A DNA stretch of 64,000 nucleotides from Syntrophorhabdaceae bacterium (lineage in GTDB: Bacteria; Desulfobacterota; Syntrophorhabdia; Syntrophorhabdales; Syntrophorhabdaceae). The position numbers and the translations under genes were made by a program. Shown here one piece after another: positions 9,847 through 19,692 of the stretch. The notes beneath the pieces were generated by a model, which saw nothing but the letters and a program-made list of their open reading frames with translations, ran no database searches and was not told where the DNA came from. The stretch lies in NCBI GenBank assembly GCA_963665295.1, contig OY762209.1, positions 1,376,001-1,440,000 of the forward strand, given 5' to 3'. Positions within the stretch are counted from its first letter, which is position 1. Each line of letters begins with the position of its first letter.

Positions 9847-10098
9847 CTAAATACATTCTTCCAGCGGAAAAGTAAAGGCCCTTAAGCTGACAGTGGGATG
9901 GGTCGCTTTCAGCTCCCGGACAAGCTCGATGAGGTGAGGAATCTCCTCATCGGACACAGGCACGAAAAGGGCATCGGCCCTGCCGGACGGCCTCGTTCCG
10001 TGATGTAATTTCAGATACGACGTGCAACCGGCTTGCGTGAAGGCGTTTGTGATGGATTCATCGAAGTAATCGTCATAACCAACAAAAAACATCTTCAT
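9847..10098 (-). CDS. PII-like small protein (PG0541 transporter-associated family-like)
   Basis: RBS gagggag. 83 aa ending LRAFTFPLEECI, typical of this PII-fold family. Confidence 0.55.
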   Translation of the reverse strand: MKMFFVGYDDYFDESITNAFTQAGCTSYLKLHHGTRPSGRADALFVPVSDEEIPHLIELVRELKATHPTVSLRAFTFPLEECI

Positions 10099-10389
10099 GA
10101 TTTCTCCCTCTTTTAAAGAAACGTTTTGAAATATTGAAAACACGGTTTTGCCGTTTATTTCAAATTATAACAAATATTCTCAGGAAACAACACCGTCACA
10201 AGACGGTCATGCCTGCCAATCTTACCGGGACCGCAACGGCGGGCGAAGGCTTCCGGAAGGCGGGCCCGCCTTCCTCGGCCGGTCAACCGTAGAAGTCTCC
10301 CTTGAACCCACCTATCTCCGATGGGTGCTCAGGCAGAGAATTATCGGGAAAGCTCTTGTTGTTTATCTTTCAGAGATATAATATTTAAT

Positions 10390-12310
10390 CCGAAGTTCCC
10401 CGCCCAATATTAACCCATCACCTTGATATTCCAATGATTATGGCAGAAATTGATTTCCCGTTACTGGCTACAGTCCGAGGAGGGCAAGGGCGCGGGCCTG
10501 GAGAGGTGTCGGATCAGTAAGAAGGGTGAAGGCCGGGGCCATGGAGTCCAAAACCATCCTGCACCGGTTTTTGCATCGGGTCCCCAGTGCGGCAAGGAGG
10601 GTACGGAAGCTCTGGACGGGAAGGCCGTCAGGGGTGAGCTTGGTGGTCTTCTTTTTCTTTGCGGAAGAAGATGACTCCGCGGGCTTTACCGGGTCTCTCG
10701 TCGTTCGTGAGAGGGGAAGCTCCTCATCGTCGAAGAGCAGCGGCGTAAGGGCCTCCCTCATATGCCACTCTACGTAATAGGCGAGGGTGCAGAGAAAGAT
10801 GTGGGCTCGCACGTGATCCTCGGTACGGTGGTGAATGGGACGGACGAGAAGATCGATGCCCTTCAAGGTCCTGAAGGCCCGCTCTACCCGGGCAAGGTTC
10901 TTGTAGTTCCGTACCACATCGGCGGGAGGAAGGGCTGGTTCACTCGTACGGATCACATAGATCCCGTCGAGGGCTTCTTCTTCGGTGATTGACTCCTCGT
11001 TCCGGGCGAATGAGAAGGACCCGTCTCCGATGGTAAGGATAAAGTGCTTCGCCATCTTGTGATCGTTGACTACCGCGCCGACTTTCTTCCCTATCTCCGC
11101 TGCGGAAAGAGGCGTCCTTGTCCTTCTCCCGACCGCCCGTACAATGGAGGACAACTTCTTTTCCGTCACATCGAGGAGCGCGTTTCTTTTCCTCTTTCTC
11201 TCTTCGGCAAGAAGGGGGTTGAAGCAAGCGATGAGCCTTTCCCCCGGATACTCGGGAGAGGTGATTTCCGCAAAGTCCTGGGTATCGAAGAGGGACATCT
11301 GGATGCTCCCCTGTCCCACAAGCTCGCGTATGGCGGAAGACCTGAGGGCCGATATCCACCCTATGCCGGGCATCTCCTTTATCTTTGTAATCTGTGTCTC
11401 CGTAAGCATGCCCCTGTCGCCCACGAGGACGAGGTGATCGAGACCGAATCTTTCTTTGAGCTTTGCCGTCTGGTCGGGAATGGTAGAGGGATCGCCCGTA
11501 TTCCCCGGATAGACGGTAACTGCAACAGGTCGGCCTTCGTGATCGGTGAGTACTCCATAGACGATGATCCTCTTTCCCTTTTCATCCCGGTCATGGCCGA
11601 ACTGCGCAAGGGGACAGGTGTGGCCCTCGTAGTAACTGCTCGTCACATCGTAGAGCACGAGCGAGCCCTCGGTAAGGTGCTTATTCGCCAGCTTCTTCTC
11701 GATCCGCTCCTGTCTTGCCAAAAGCCAGTCCAGGGCATCATAGAGTTCGTCCTCATCGGCATCTGCAACCGAGAGTTCCTCCGCCACCGAAGTAGTATGC
11801 CAGAGCCTCGTAGTTGCTAATTTCGATGAGGGGTGGATGAGGCGTTCCACGATCATGGCGATTACGAGGTCTCTCTCCCTTCCAGGCTTCGAGGCAATGA
11901 CCGTATCAAGGCCAAGCTTCTTTATTGTCCCGAGTATGGCCTCCACATGGCCGTGGGGGAGAGACTGCTCAACCTTAAAGGCTTCCTTCGGAGAGACGAG
12001 AGACTCCCCTTTCAATACACGCCTCAAGAGCTCGATCTTCTCTTCCGGCCAATCAGTGAGGTTTGCGACTGTCTTCTTCTTTATCTTTTTGCCTTCCCTC
12101 CATGCCTCCCTCAAGAGGATGGCGGGCCGGGAGTTGCGGTTGGGGATGCTTTCGATGTACATGGAACATATATAGCAAATAGCTTACCTACATGTCAAGT
12201 ACATAATGCACTATTACATGGCAACAAGTAGAAGATATGATTATCACCCTATTCCCGTCATTTCAACGGGATAGAGTGATATTGGGGGGATTTCACAGGG
12301 GGAACTTCGG
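10390..12310 (-). mobile_element. IS1634-family insertion sequence, copy 1 (1921 bp)
   Basis: Terminal IRs ccgaagttcccc / ggggaacttcgg. 6-bp target duplication TTTAAT at 10384-10389 and 12311-12316. Confidence 0.92.
10468..12162 (-). CDS. IS1634-family DDE transposase
   Basis: YDVTSSYYEG, VGDRGM, Y..L..VERAFR.LK and RPIHH..E.HVRAHIFLC motifs. Confidence 0.92.
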   Translation of the reverse strand: MYIESIPNRNSRPAILLREAWREGKKIKKKTVANLTDWPEEKIELLRRVLKGESLVSPKEAFKVEQSLPHGHVEAILGTIKKLGLDTVIASKPGRERDLVIAMIVERLIHPSSKLATTRLWHTTSVAEELSVADADEDELYDALDWLLARQERIEKKLANKHLTEGSLVLYDVTSSYYEGHTCPLAQFGHDRDEKGKRIIVYGVLTDHEGRPVAVTVYPGNTGDPSTIPDQTAKLKERFGLDHLVLVGDRGMLTETQITKIKEMPGIGWISALRSSAIRELVGQGSIQMSLFDTQDFAEITSPEYPGERLIACFNPLLAEERKRKRNALLDVTEKKLSSIVRAVGRRTRTPLSAAEIGKKVGAVVNDHKMAKHFILTIGDGSFSFARNEESITEEEALDGIYVIRTSEPALPPADVVRNYKNLARVERAFRTLKGIDLLVRPIHHRTEDHVRAHIFLCTLAYYVEWHMREALTPLLFDDEELPLSRTTRDPVKPAESSSSAKKKKTTKLTPDGLPVQSFRTLLAALGTRCKNRCRMVLDSMAPAFTLLTDPTPLQARALALLGL

Positions 12311-12328
12311 TTTAATAGAGGCGCAACC

Positions 12329-12727
12329 ATGAATCGTTCGCAAGACACTCATCTTAAGTCGATCGGCTACATCCTGTGGATCTTCGGTTTCACGGGCTCC
12401 CACCGGTTTTACTACGGCAAGCCCGTTACGGGCACCATCTGGTTCTTTACTTTAGGCCTTCTGGGCATCGGGTGGATCATCGACTTTTTCCTCATTCCGT
12501 CCATGGACCGTCAGGCCGATTTCAGGTATCGCAGTGGCAACCTTGATTACACGGTAGCCTGGATTCTGCTGACATTCCTGGGAATCTTCGGCATACACCG
12601 TTTCTATATGGGAAAGTGGGTTACGGGCGTGGTATACTTGGTGACGGGGGGTATATTCGGCCTGGGGTATCTCTATGACCTGTGGACCCTCAATGATCAG
12701 GTCTCGCGGATAAACAGCGGGTCCTGA
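12329..12727 (+). CDS. TM2/NINE-domain membrane protein (two TM2 repeats)
   Basis: Two G..G.HRFY.GK..TG...T.G..G.G...D repeats. Confidence 0.88.
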   Translation: MNRSQDTHLKSIGYILWIFGFTGSHRFYYGKPVTGTIWFFTLGLLGIGWIIDFFLIPSMDRQADFRYRSGNLDYTVAWILLTFLGIFGIHRFYMGKWVTGVVYLVTGGIFGLGYLYDLWTLNDQVSRINSGS

Positions 12728-12775
12728 CTCCGCAGAAGTTGACATTTCCTTACGTTTACCGTCGCAGGAGGGCGT

Positions 12776-13252
12776 ATGTTACCCCATAACCTGGAAGAAC
12801 TGGAGAAGATAAGGAGGGATTGCCTTCGCATGTCCCGCAGGCGAGCCTTTCTCTCGGCGGCCGCCTCGGTCGTTCCCGTCCCCTTCGCCGACATCGCCAC
12901 CGACGTAGTCCTTCTCAAACAGATCATACCGGGAATCAGCACCAAATTCGGCCTCTCGAAGGACCAGATCGATGGGTACAATCCCCAGGCGGCGATCTTT
13001 ATCTATGATGCCGCAAAAAGGTTCGGCACGAAGATGATCGGCAAGTACGTCACGAAAGAGTTGATACTACAGGTTTCGAAAATGGTGGGAGCCCGGTTCA
13101 CCACAAAACAGGTGGCCAGGTATGTGCCTGTTATAGGACAGGCGATCTCCGCCGGTATAAGCTTTACAGCAATGAGATTCATTATCCATTGCCATATCAA
13201 CGAGTGCTATAAGGTTGCCGGGGCAGCCATGGAGGCAAGACACCCAACCTGA
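12776..13252 (+). CDS. Conserved hypothetical protein (DUF697-like)
   Basis: RBS aggaggg. SAAASVVPVPFADIATD and RYVPVIGQAISAG amphipathic motifs. Confidence 0.6.
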   Translation: MLPHNLEELEKIRRDCLRMSRRRAFLSAAASVVPVPFADIATDVVLLKQIIPGISTKFGLSKDQIDGYNPQAAIFIYDAAKRFGTKMIGKYVTKELILQVSKMVGARFTTKQVARYVPVIGQAISAGISFTAMRFIIHCHINECYKVAGAAMEARHPT

Positions 13253-13350
13253 CACATCCTCGAAAGGCATTCCCCCGTGACACGCAGGCAGCCATGAACC
13301 CCGGTCCATCCTTTGCTGCGCCGAATCACCGGCAGCCCCGGTTCTTCGTC

Positions 13351-13413
13351 GCAGAGGGGCCCTATGGGCTTTGCCACGACATGGATGCCCTCCGCGTTAT
13401 CGGCAATATCCAT
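13351..13413 (-). pseudogene. 5' remnant of an anaerobic sulfatase-maturating enzyme (anSME)
   Basis: Starts 4 nt after the sulfatase stop. MDIADNAEGIHVVAKPIGPLC matches the anSME N-terminus and breaks off after the first Cys of CxxxCxxC. Confidence 0.7.
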
Positions 13414-13417
13414 ATTT

Positions 13418-15841
13418 TCAATCCGACAAATGTCTTTTCGTCGCATACTCCCTGTGGAGCCTGTCCTGCTCTTCCCGATCCACTTTCTCCGTTTTGCCGA
13501 GGTCTATGACGACCTTGTCTATGACGCCGGTGAAGTTATAGGGCGCGGGGATTCCGTAGTCCTCCACCACAGGGGTCTCGCCGTCCCGGCCGACATCGGC
13601 TCCTTCGTCCGGCGAAAAGATGAAGCTGTGGGTCTTTTCGATGCGCCCCTCGGCAACCGTCTCGCCGTTGACCATGAGACGGCCTGAACCGCCCTTGCCG
13701 AACCCGTTGCCGTCATAGGCGAATTCGTAGCGGATACGCGCTTTTCCGGGAGGGAGGCTTTTTCCGGAGGCAATGGTGTAACGGCTGAGACCAAGCCAAT
13801 TGTAGGTGAATGTCGGCTTTCCGTCTTTCAGATAGAGACTCCATCCGCCGAAACGTCCTCCCTGGGCGAGGATGACCCCCCGGGCGCCTTCACGGGGTAC
13901 CTGCACCTCGGCGGTGACGGAGTGGGTCCGGTTTTTCACATTGATGAATACGTTTTCCGACATCCCGATCATTCCATCGTAGACCGTGAGCGATGTCCGG
14001 CCGGCCATCAGGTCCGGACGGCCCGCGATGGCCGCGTTCATCCGTTCCTGGATACGGTCGTCAATCGGCAGGACCCGGTATTTTATTGCTTCCGCCATGA
14101 AGAGGTCCTGCATCTCCTTGAGTTTGCCGGGAAATTTTGCCGCCACGTCGTCTGCGAGGCTGAAATCGGTCCGCGTGTCATATAATTCCCATTTGTCCTT
14201 ATCCAGAGATGCCCTGGGAACGCTCTCCCACACGGCCCTGTGCACGGTGCCCGCAAGCCAGCCGTCATGGTAAACGCCGCGATTGCCGACAATCTCAAAA
14301 TACTGGGTCCCATGGCGGTCTTTTGCCCGGGCATCGTTAAAAGTGTAAAGAAGGCTTACGCCTTCGATAGGGGTCTGTTCGATGCCGTCCACCTTCTTCG
14401 GTTCGGGCAGGCCCGCGGCCTCAAGGATGGTAGGGGCAATGTCGATCACATGGTGCCACTGGGAGCGGAGTTCGCCTTTGCCCTTGATCCCTTTGGGCCA
14501 GCGAATAACCATCCCGTTGCGCGTACCCCCGTAGTTGGAGGCAACCGCCTTTGTCCACGTGAAGGGAGTGTCTCCCGCAACCGCCCAACCTGCGGCATAG
14601 TGCCCGTAGGTCTTGGGTCCGCCCAGGTCGTCGATGTGCTTCAGGATATCGGCAAGATTCTCCTCTACCTTGTTGAAGAAGGTCATCTCGTTAAAAAGGC
14701 CGTTCATGCCTCCGTCGGCGCTGGCGCCGTTATCGCCGGGTATGTAGAAGACGAGGGTGTTATCAAGTTGGCCCATGTCGTCGATCGCCTGAACAAGCCG
14801 TCCGATCTCAAAATCGGCATACTCGCCGAAGGCGGCATATATTTCCATCTGGCGGGCAAAGAGCGTTTTCTCGTCCGCCGTCAGTGTATCCCAATCCTTG
14901 ATGGCTTCGGGTTTGGCCGCCAGTTTCGTGTCCGGAGGCACCACCCCCAGCTTCTTTTGCCGCGCCAGCGTCTCTTCGCGCAATTTGTCCCAGCCCTGGT
15001 CGAATTTGCCTTTGTATTTCGCAATCCACTCCTTGGGCACGTGGTGGGGCGCATGGGTTGCGCCGGGGGCGAAATAGAGGAAGAAGGGTTTGTCGGGGGT
15101 AAGGGATTTCTCCGCCCGCACCCATTTGATCGCCTGATTCGTCATGTCGGTCATGAGATGGTAATTCGGGTCCTTCGGGGCTTCTATCCTGGTCATGCCG
15201 TCATAGAGAGAGGGCGACCACTGGTTTGCTTCACCGCCTATGAAACCGTAGAATTTGTCAAAGCCGCTGCGGGTCGGCCAACGATCCGTCGGCCCTGAGG
15301 GACTGACCTCCCACGGGGCGGTTTCGTGGCTCTTGCCGAAGGCCGCGGTTGCGTAGCCGTTATAGCGTAACATGGTTGCCAAAGGGGCCACACTGACCGG
15401 ACGCCGGCCGGTGGCTCCCGGGAACGCCGTCGCCATCTCCATCACCAGGGAGGTGTTGCAGGTGTGGTGGTTACGCCCGGTGAGAAGGGCGGCCCGTGTC
15501 GGTGAACTGACACCCGTGGTGTGAAAGTTGTTGTAGCGCAAGCCTTGATCCGCCATGAGCTGAAGGGTGGGCATGTGAATCGGTCCGCCGAAGGTGCCCG
15601 GCTGGCTGAATCCCATGTCGTCGAGGAGTATGATGAGCACGTTGGGAGCGCCCGCGGGCGTCTTCACTTCAAATCCGGGCGGGGGCGTCGCGTTTCTCAC
15701 ATCCAGTACGGTGCTGTGGGGATATTCAGGCTCCGGAATGGGAAGATTGGTGCGATCGGTGGTGCTCTCGGCCCCGGTCGTTGCGGCAAGGGTGGCGCCA
15801 AGGGCAAGGCCGAGTGTGGCCTGCATGGTCTTTCGTTTCAT
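13418..15841 (-). CDS. Secreted Ser-type arylsulfatase with C-terminal LamG-like extension
   Basis: Signal peptide, LDDMG, SSPTRAALLTGR formylglycine motif (Ser type), GKSH, HAPH, GDNGAS. Confidence 0.92.
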   Translation of the reverse strand: MKRKTMQATLGLALGATLAATTGAESTTDRTNLPIPEPEYPHSTVLDVRNATPPPGFEVKTPAGAPNVLIILLDDMGFSQPGTFGGPIHMPTLQLMADQGLRYNNFHTTGVSSPTRAALLTGRNHHTCNTSLVMEMATAFPGATGRRPVSVAPLATMLRYNGYATAAFGKSHETAPWEVSPSGPTDRWPTRSGFDKFYGFIGGEANQWSPSLYDGMTRIEAPKDPNYHLMTDMTNQAIKWVRAEKSLTPDKPFFLYFAPGATHAPHHVPKEWIAKYKGKFDQGWDKLREETLARQKKLGVVPPDTKLAAKPEAIKDWDTLTADEKTLFARQMEIYAAFGEYADFEIGRLVQAIDDMGQLDNTLVFYIPGDNGASADGGMNGLFNEMTFFNKVEENLADILKHIDDLGGPKTYGHYAAGWAVAGDTPFTWTKAVASNYGGTRNGMVIRWPKGIKGKGELRSQWHHVIDIAPTILEAAGLPEPKKVDGIEQTPIEGVSLLYTFNDARAKDRHGTQYFEIVGNRGVYHDGWLAGTVHRAVWESVPRASLDKDKWELYDTRTDFSLADDVAAKFPGKLKEMQDLFMAEAIKYRVLPIDDRIQERMNAAIAGRPDLMAGRTSLTVYDGMIGMSENVFINVKNRTHSVTAEVQVPREGARGVILAQGGRFGGWSLYLKDGKPTFTYNWLGLSRYTIASGKSLPPGKARIRYEFAYDGNGFGKGGSGRLMVNGETVAEGRIEKTHSFIFSPDEGADVGRDGETPVVEDYGIPAPYNFTGVIDKVVIDLGKTEKVDREEQDRLHREYATKRHLSD

Positions 15842-16068
15842 GGTCGGGTTCCTCCAGTAATGGTCGGGCGCGGTAGTTCCTCCTAAATCTATACAATACT
15901 TGGCGCTGTCTTTGAAAGGATTTTCGCGGGGCAGAATCATCCCGGTCGTTCTTCCGACGCATGGGAATACATAGTGTCGGTAAGGGAGAGTAAAAAGGCT
16001 CGGACCCACGCGTGTTCGCAAAGGAGAACCACGGCATGTCGAAATCTTTCATGGGGGAACGTATGGGA

Positions 16069-18627
16069 TCACTCTTTGTACAATCGATAGCTGTTTCTTC
16101 CCGTCCTCTTCGCTTCATACATGGCGATGTCGGCCTTTTTTACCAGCGTGTCGATGTCATTGCCGTCCTGCGGGTAAAGGGAGACCCCAACGCTGGTGGT
16201 GACGGACACCTCATGGCCGGTCAGGGCAAAGGGGCTGCGGAATGTTTCAACAATCTTCCCCGCGATCACGTCTGCATAACCTTCCCACCCCACATCAGGG
16301 ATTATCACAAGATACTCATCTCCGCCCATGCGCGCTACCGTATCACCCCTTCTCAAAAGGTCGGTAAGGCGTTGCGCAACATTTATGAGCAGTGCGTCTC
16401 CTACATCATGACCGAGGGTGTCATTAATGTCCTTGAATCTATCAAGATCGAGAAGCATTACGGCGACTTTGTCTTTGTTGCGGTCGGCATTTGTCATTGC
16501 CAGAGTGAGCCTGTCGTTGAAAAGGGGGCGGTTGGGCAGTCCCGTCAGGGCATCATGGTAAGCGAGCCTTCTGATTGTTTGCTCCGCATCCTTACGGGCC
16601 GTGATATTTTCCATGGTTCCCTCGTAGTAAAGGATGTTTCCCGACTCGTCGCGAACGGACCTGGCGTTGATGGATGCCCAGATGGCGCTCCCATCTCTTC
16701 TGTGCAGCCTCGTTTCGAAGGCTTGTATGGTGTTGTTGTTTTCGAGGTTTTGCAGGTACTGCAAACGATCGGAAGGGTCCATATAGACCTCGCGGGCAAT
16801 ATCCGCACAGGCTTTGACCATCTCTTCCGGGGATGAGAATCCCAGCATTTTTGCCAGCGCCGGATTTGCGCTGAGAACACGTCCGTCCACGGTGGTCTGG
16901 AATATCCCCTCGATGGTATTTTCAAATATCTTCCGGTATTTTTCTTCGCTCCCCTTGAGCGCTTCTTCTGTTTCCTTCTTCCCCGTAATATCCCTCAAGG
17001 ATTCGATTGCGCCGATAGCATTCCCCTCTTTATCAAAGAGCAGCGAGGCGATTCCCCAACAATATGCCCCTTTACCATTGTATACGTTAGGCAGGTGGAT
17101 TTCGCCGTAGGTAGTCTTCCCTTTTCTTTCCACGAGGTCGTATAGCTTGTTGATCTCGGAATCAGGAGAAAACAGGAGATCGATGAGCATCGGCCTCCTT
17201 TTGCCGTAGAAAGGAACAGCGTAGTCATGATTGCCCTTCCCGAGCATGTCCTCCTTTCTTGTACCCGTCATTTCCTCCAGGGTTCTGTTCCAGGCAACCA
17301 CCTTCTTCTCGTTGTCGATGACAAAGGTTGCATCGGGGAGGAATTCGATAATATCGTGGAGCTTTCGGGAGGAGGTCTCCAGTTCCGCTGTCCGTTCCCT
17401 GACGCGGTTTTCCAACTCGCTATGAGCCTTGCGGAGGGCGCCTTCTGCTTCCTTCCGTCTCGTAATGTCTTCGTTTGTTCCCTCATAGTAGAGGACTGCG
17501 CCATCCCCGTCACGAACCACACGGGCATTAATCGAAATCCAGAATATGCCCCCATCCTTCCGGTACACCTCGGTTTCGAAACCTCTAATGGCGCCCTGCC
17601 CGGCAAGCAGGTTCTTAAATCTCCGCCTGTCTTCGGCGTTCACGTATATCTGGTTGCCTACGTCCGTAACGCCGGCCATCATCTCTTCTGGGGATGCAAA
17701 ACCAAACATCCGGGCAAGTGCGGGGTTGACGACAATAAGATGATCATCAACGGAGATCTGGAAGATCCCTTCTGCGGAGTTTTCGAAAATACTGCGATAC
17801 TTTTGTTCGGCCTGCCTTGCCGCTTGTTCTGCGTGTTTTCGTTCCGTCATATCCCGGAAGTACCAGACTCTCCCGTAATAATGGGCATCAGGCCCGAACA
17901 TGGGCGCCGAGTAGCGGTCAAATATTCTGCCGTCCTTGAGGAATATCTCGTCGCGGCTTGTTTCCTCTTTGTGGGCATAGAGTGCATTTACCCTGCAAAG
18001 AAACTCTTCGGGGTCCGCCAGTTTTTCAAACACGGACTGCAGGGTAAGTTCATCGGACCTTGTCTCCATGACATCGGGGGGAATCCCCCACATTTTGACG
18101 AATTGCCCGTTGTAAGAGAGAATCCTGCCGGTTCCGTCCACTACGAGAATCCCGTCGATAGATGCCTCCTGCTGCGTGGAGAGAAGTATGTTCCTGAATG
18201 CAAGCTCCGCCTCTGCTTTTTTGCTCTCAGTGATGTCTTCGCAGCTTACGAGTGTCTCGCCGGCGGCGAGTTCGACAGGGATGAAGCTGATGATCTTTTC
18301 TGCCCCGTCTTTGCACGTAACGGTAAAGATGCAGGGGGTCCTTTCGCCCTTTACGTGGGCGCGCCGATGCTTTTTCAGGTCATCATGCCACATGGAGACA
18401 ACCTTTCGTCGGTATTTTATATCAGGGTACGCTTTTCTGAACCACGTCCTCCCGTCGGGTATATCAGAAAGGTCATAGCCGAAAGTCTCCGTGAATTTGC
18501 TGTTGAGATACGTGTAGGTCCCATCCCTCGCAATAACCGCGATGCCGAAAGGCGCATTTTCGGTGAGAATATGGAAATCGTTCCGTCCGGAAGGGAGAAT
18601 ACCTTCTCCTCCCTGGTTTCTCGTCAT
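16069..18627 (-). CDS. Multi-PAS diguanylate cyclase
   Basis: Five PAS/PAC repeats, HDALTGLPNR, RRGD I-site, GGDEY. Confidence 0.9.
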   Translation of the reverse strand: MTRNQGGEGILPSGRNDFHILTENAPFGIAVIARDGTYTYLNSKFTETFGYDLSDIPDGRTWFRKAYPDIKYRRKVVSMWHDDLKKHRRAHVKGERTPCIFTVTCKDGAEKIISFIPVELAAGETLVSCEDITESKKAEAELAFRNILLSTQQEASIDGILVVDGTGRILSYNGQFVKMWGIPPDVMETRSDELTLQSVFEKLADPEEFLCRVNALYAHKEETSRDEIFLKDGRIFDRYSAPMFGPDAHYYGRVWYFRDMTERKHAEQAARQAEQKYRSIFENSAEGIFQISVDDHLIVVNPALARMFGFASPEEMMAGVTDVGNQIYVNAEDRRRFKNLLAGQGAIRGFETEVYRKDGGIFWISINARVVRDGDGAVLYYEGTNEDITRRKEAEGALRKAHSELENRVRERTAELETSSRKLHDIIEFLPDATFVIDNEKKVVAWNRTLEEMTGTRKEDMLGKGNHDYAVPFYGKRRPMLIDLLFSPDSEINKLYDLVERKGKTTYGEIHLPNVYNGKGAYCWGIASLLFDKEGNAIGAIESLRDITGKKETEEALKGSEEKYRKIFENTIEGIFQTTVDGRVLSANPALAKMLGFSSPEEMVKACADIAREVYMDPSDRLQYLQNLENNNTIQAFETRLHRRDGSAIWASINARSVRDESGNILYYEGTMENITARKDAEQTIRRLAYHDALTGLPNRPLFNDRLTLAMTNADRNKDKVAVMLLDLDRFKDINDTLGHDVGDALLINVAQRLTDLLRRGDTVARMGGDEYLVIIPDVGWEGYADVIAGKIVETFRSPFALTGHEVSVTTSVGVSLYPQDGNDIDTLVKKADIAMYEAKRTGRNSYRLYKE

Positions 18628-19029
18628 ATTTCGTCCCTCTGTCACGTTCGTGTCGTCAGGCGCCGGACAACGGTTTTCCGTTTCAAGTCCCTCCACCTTG
18701 ACGGTTCTACGTGTTATATTCGCACAAACAGGCAAAAGATTAAAGAGGCAAGGAGAACCCCGGGACCGCCTGCTGCGGTCCTCAAAGCTTCTCTCCCGGG
18801 GAGCTGCACGAACCGACTGCCGCACTATCGGCGTGTCAAGGGGTGGACAACCATGAGGAAGAACCGGGCGTCCTGTGCCCGGACATGGAGAAGCAATTGA
18901 CCATCAAGGGTGACCCGAAAGGCACAGCACGTCCTCTTCGATACGCACGGGGGTTGCCGAATTGACATTTGTGCTATATTTATTGGTAGGGATCGTCTTA
19001 AGATAATCCTGCTTCAGGGGAGGTACACC

Positions 19030-19692
19030 TTGGAACAAATCATAAGGGAATACAATGAAGCCATATTCGACACCGACCGTGAAAAGGCGCTGAAGGTTGT
19101 CCGTGACGCCCTTGATAAAGGCGTCAGTCCCGAACAGGTGGTGTTCAAGCTCGTCATCCCCGCCATCGAATCGATGATCAAGTCTATCAGCGAAGATGGC
19201 GATGCGAGTCTCGCCCAACACTTTATGGCCTCCCAGATAGGGGCGGAAGTGGTTGAAGAGATGATCCCCAGATTCGAACGTCGCCCGGACGTTATCGGTC
19301 GCGTGGTGATCGGGACATCCCAGGGGGACTTTCACGGACTGGGTAAGCGGATTGTCACCGGATGTCTGAGGGTCTACATGATCGAGGTTACCGACCTTGG
19401 ACTCAACGTTTCACCCGCGCGTTTCGTCGATGAGGCTGTTGTGCGCAACGCGCAAGTGATCGGCGTATCTTCCATGATGGTGCATACTGCCAGGGGGGAG
19501 AACGGATGTCTCAAAGTACGGCAGATTCTCGAAGAACGAGGTCTCGAGGACAGGATCAAGGTAGTTGTCGGCGGAGCGCCTTACCGTTTTGACCACGAGT
19601 TATATAAGACGGTGCATGCGGATGCCTGGGCAGAGAACGGCATCGTAGCGGGGAGAGTCATCACGGACCTCATCAGGGAGGTGAGCAGATGA
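19030..19692 (+). CDS. Corrinoid (cobalamin-binding) protein, cap + B12-binding domains
   Basis: RBS ggggagg before TTG 19030. GDFHGLG (DxHxxG), DLG.NV, VSSMM and VVGGAP motifs. Confidence 0.9.
   Translation: MEQIIREYNEAIFDTDREKALKVVRDALDKGVSPEQVVFKLVIPAIESMIKSISEDGDASLAQHFMASQIGAEVVEEMIPRFERRPDVIGRVVIGTSQGDFHGLGKRIVTGCLRVYMIEVTDLGLNVSPARFVDEAVVRNAQVIGVSSMMVHTARGENGCLKVRQILEERGLEDRIKVVVGGAPYRFDHELYKTVHADAWAENGIVAGRVITDLIREVSR

Noticed and set aside
10255..10274. Perfect 20-bp palindrome ggaaggcgggcccgccttcc
   Set aside because: Single GC-rich occurrence with no supporting context, so no function can be assigned.
12249..12259. Variable IS1634 patch as a target-specifying guide (bridge-RNA-like)
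   Set aside because: Neither patch matches its own insertion flank beyond a chance 3-5 nt, and the enzyme is a DDE transposase with IRs and target duplications.
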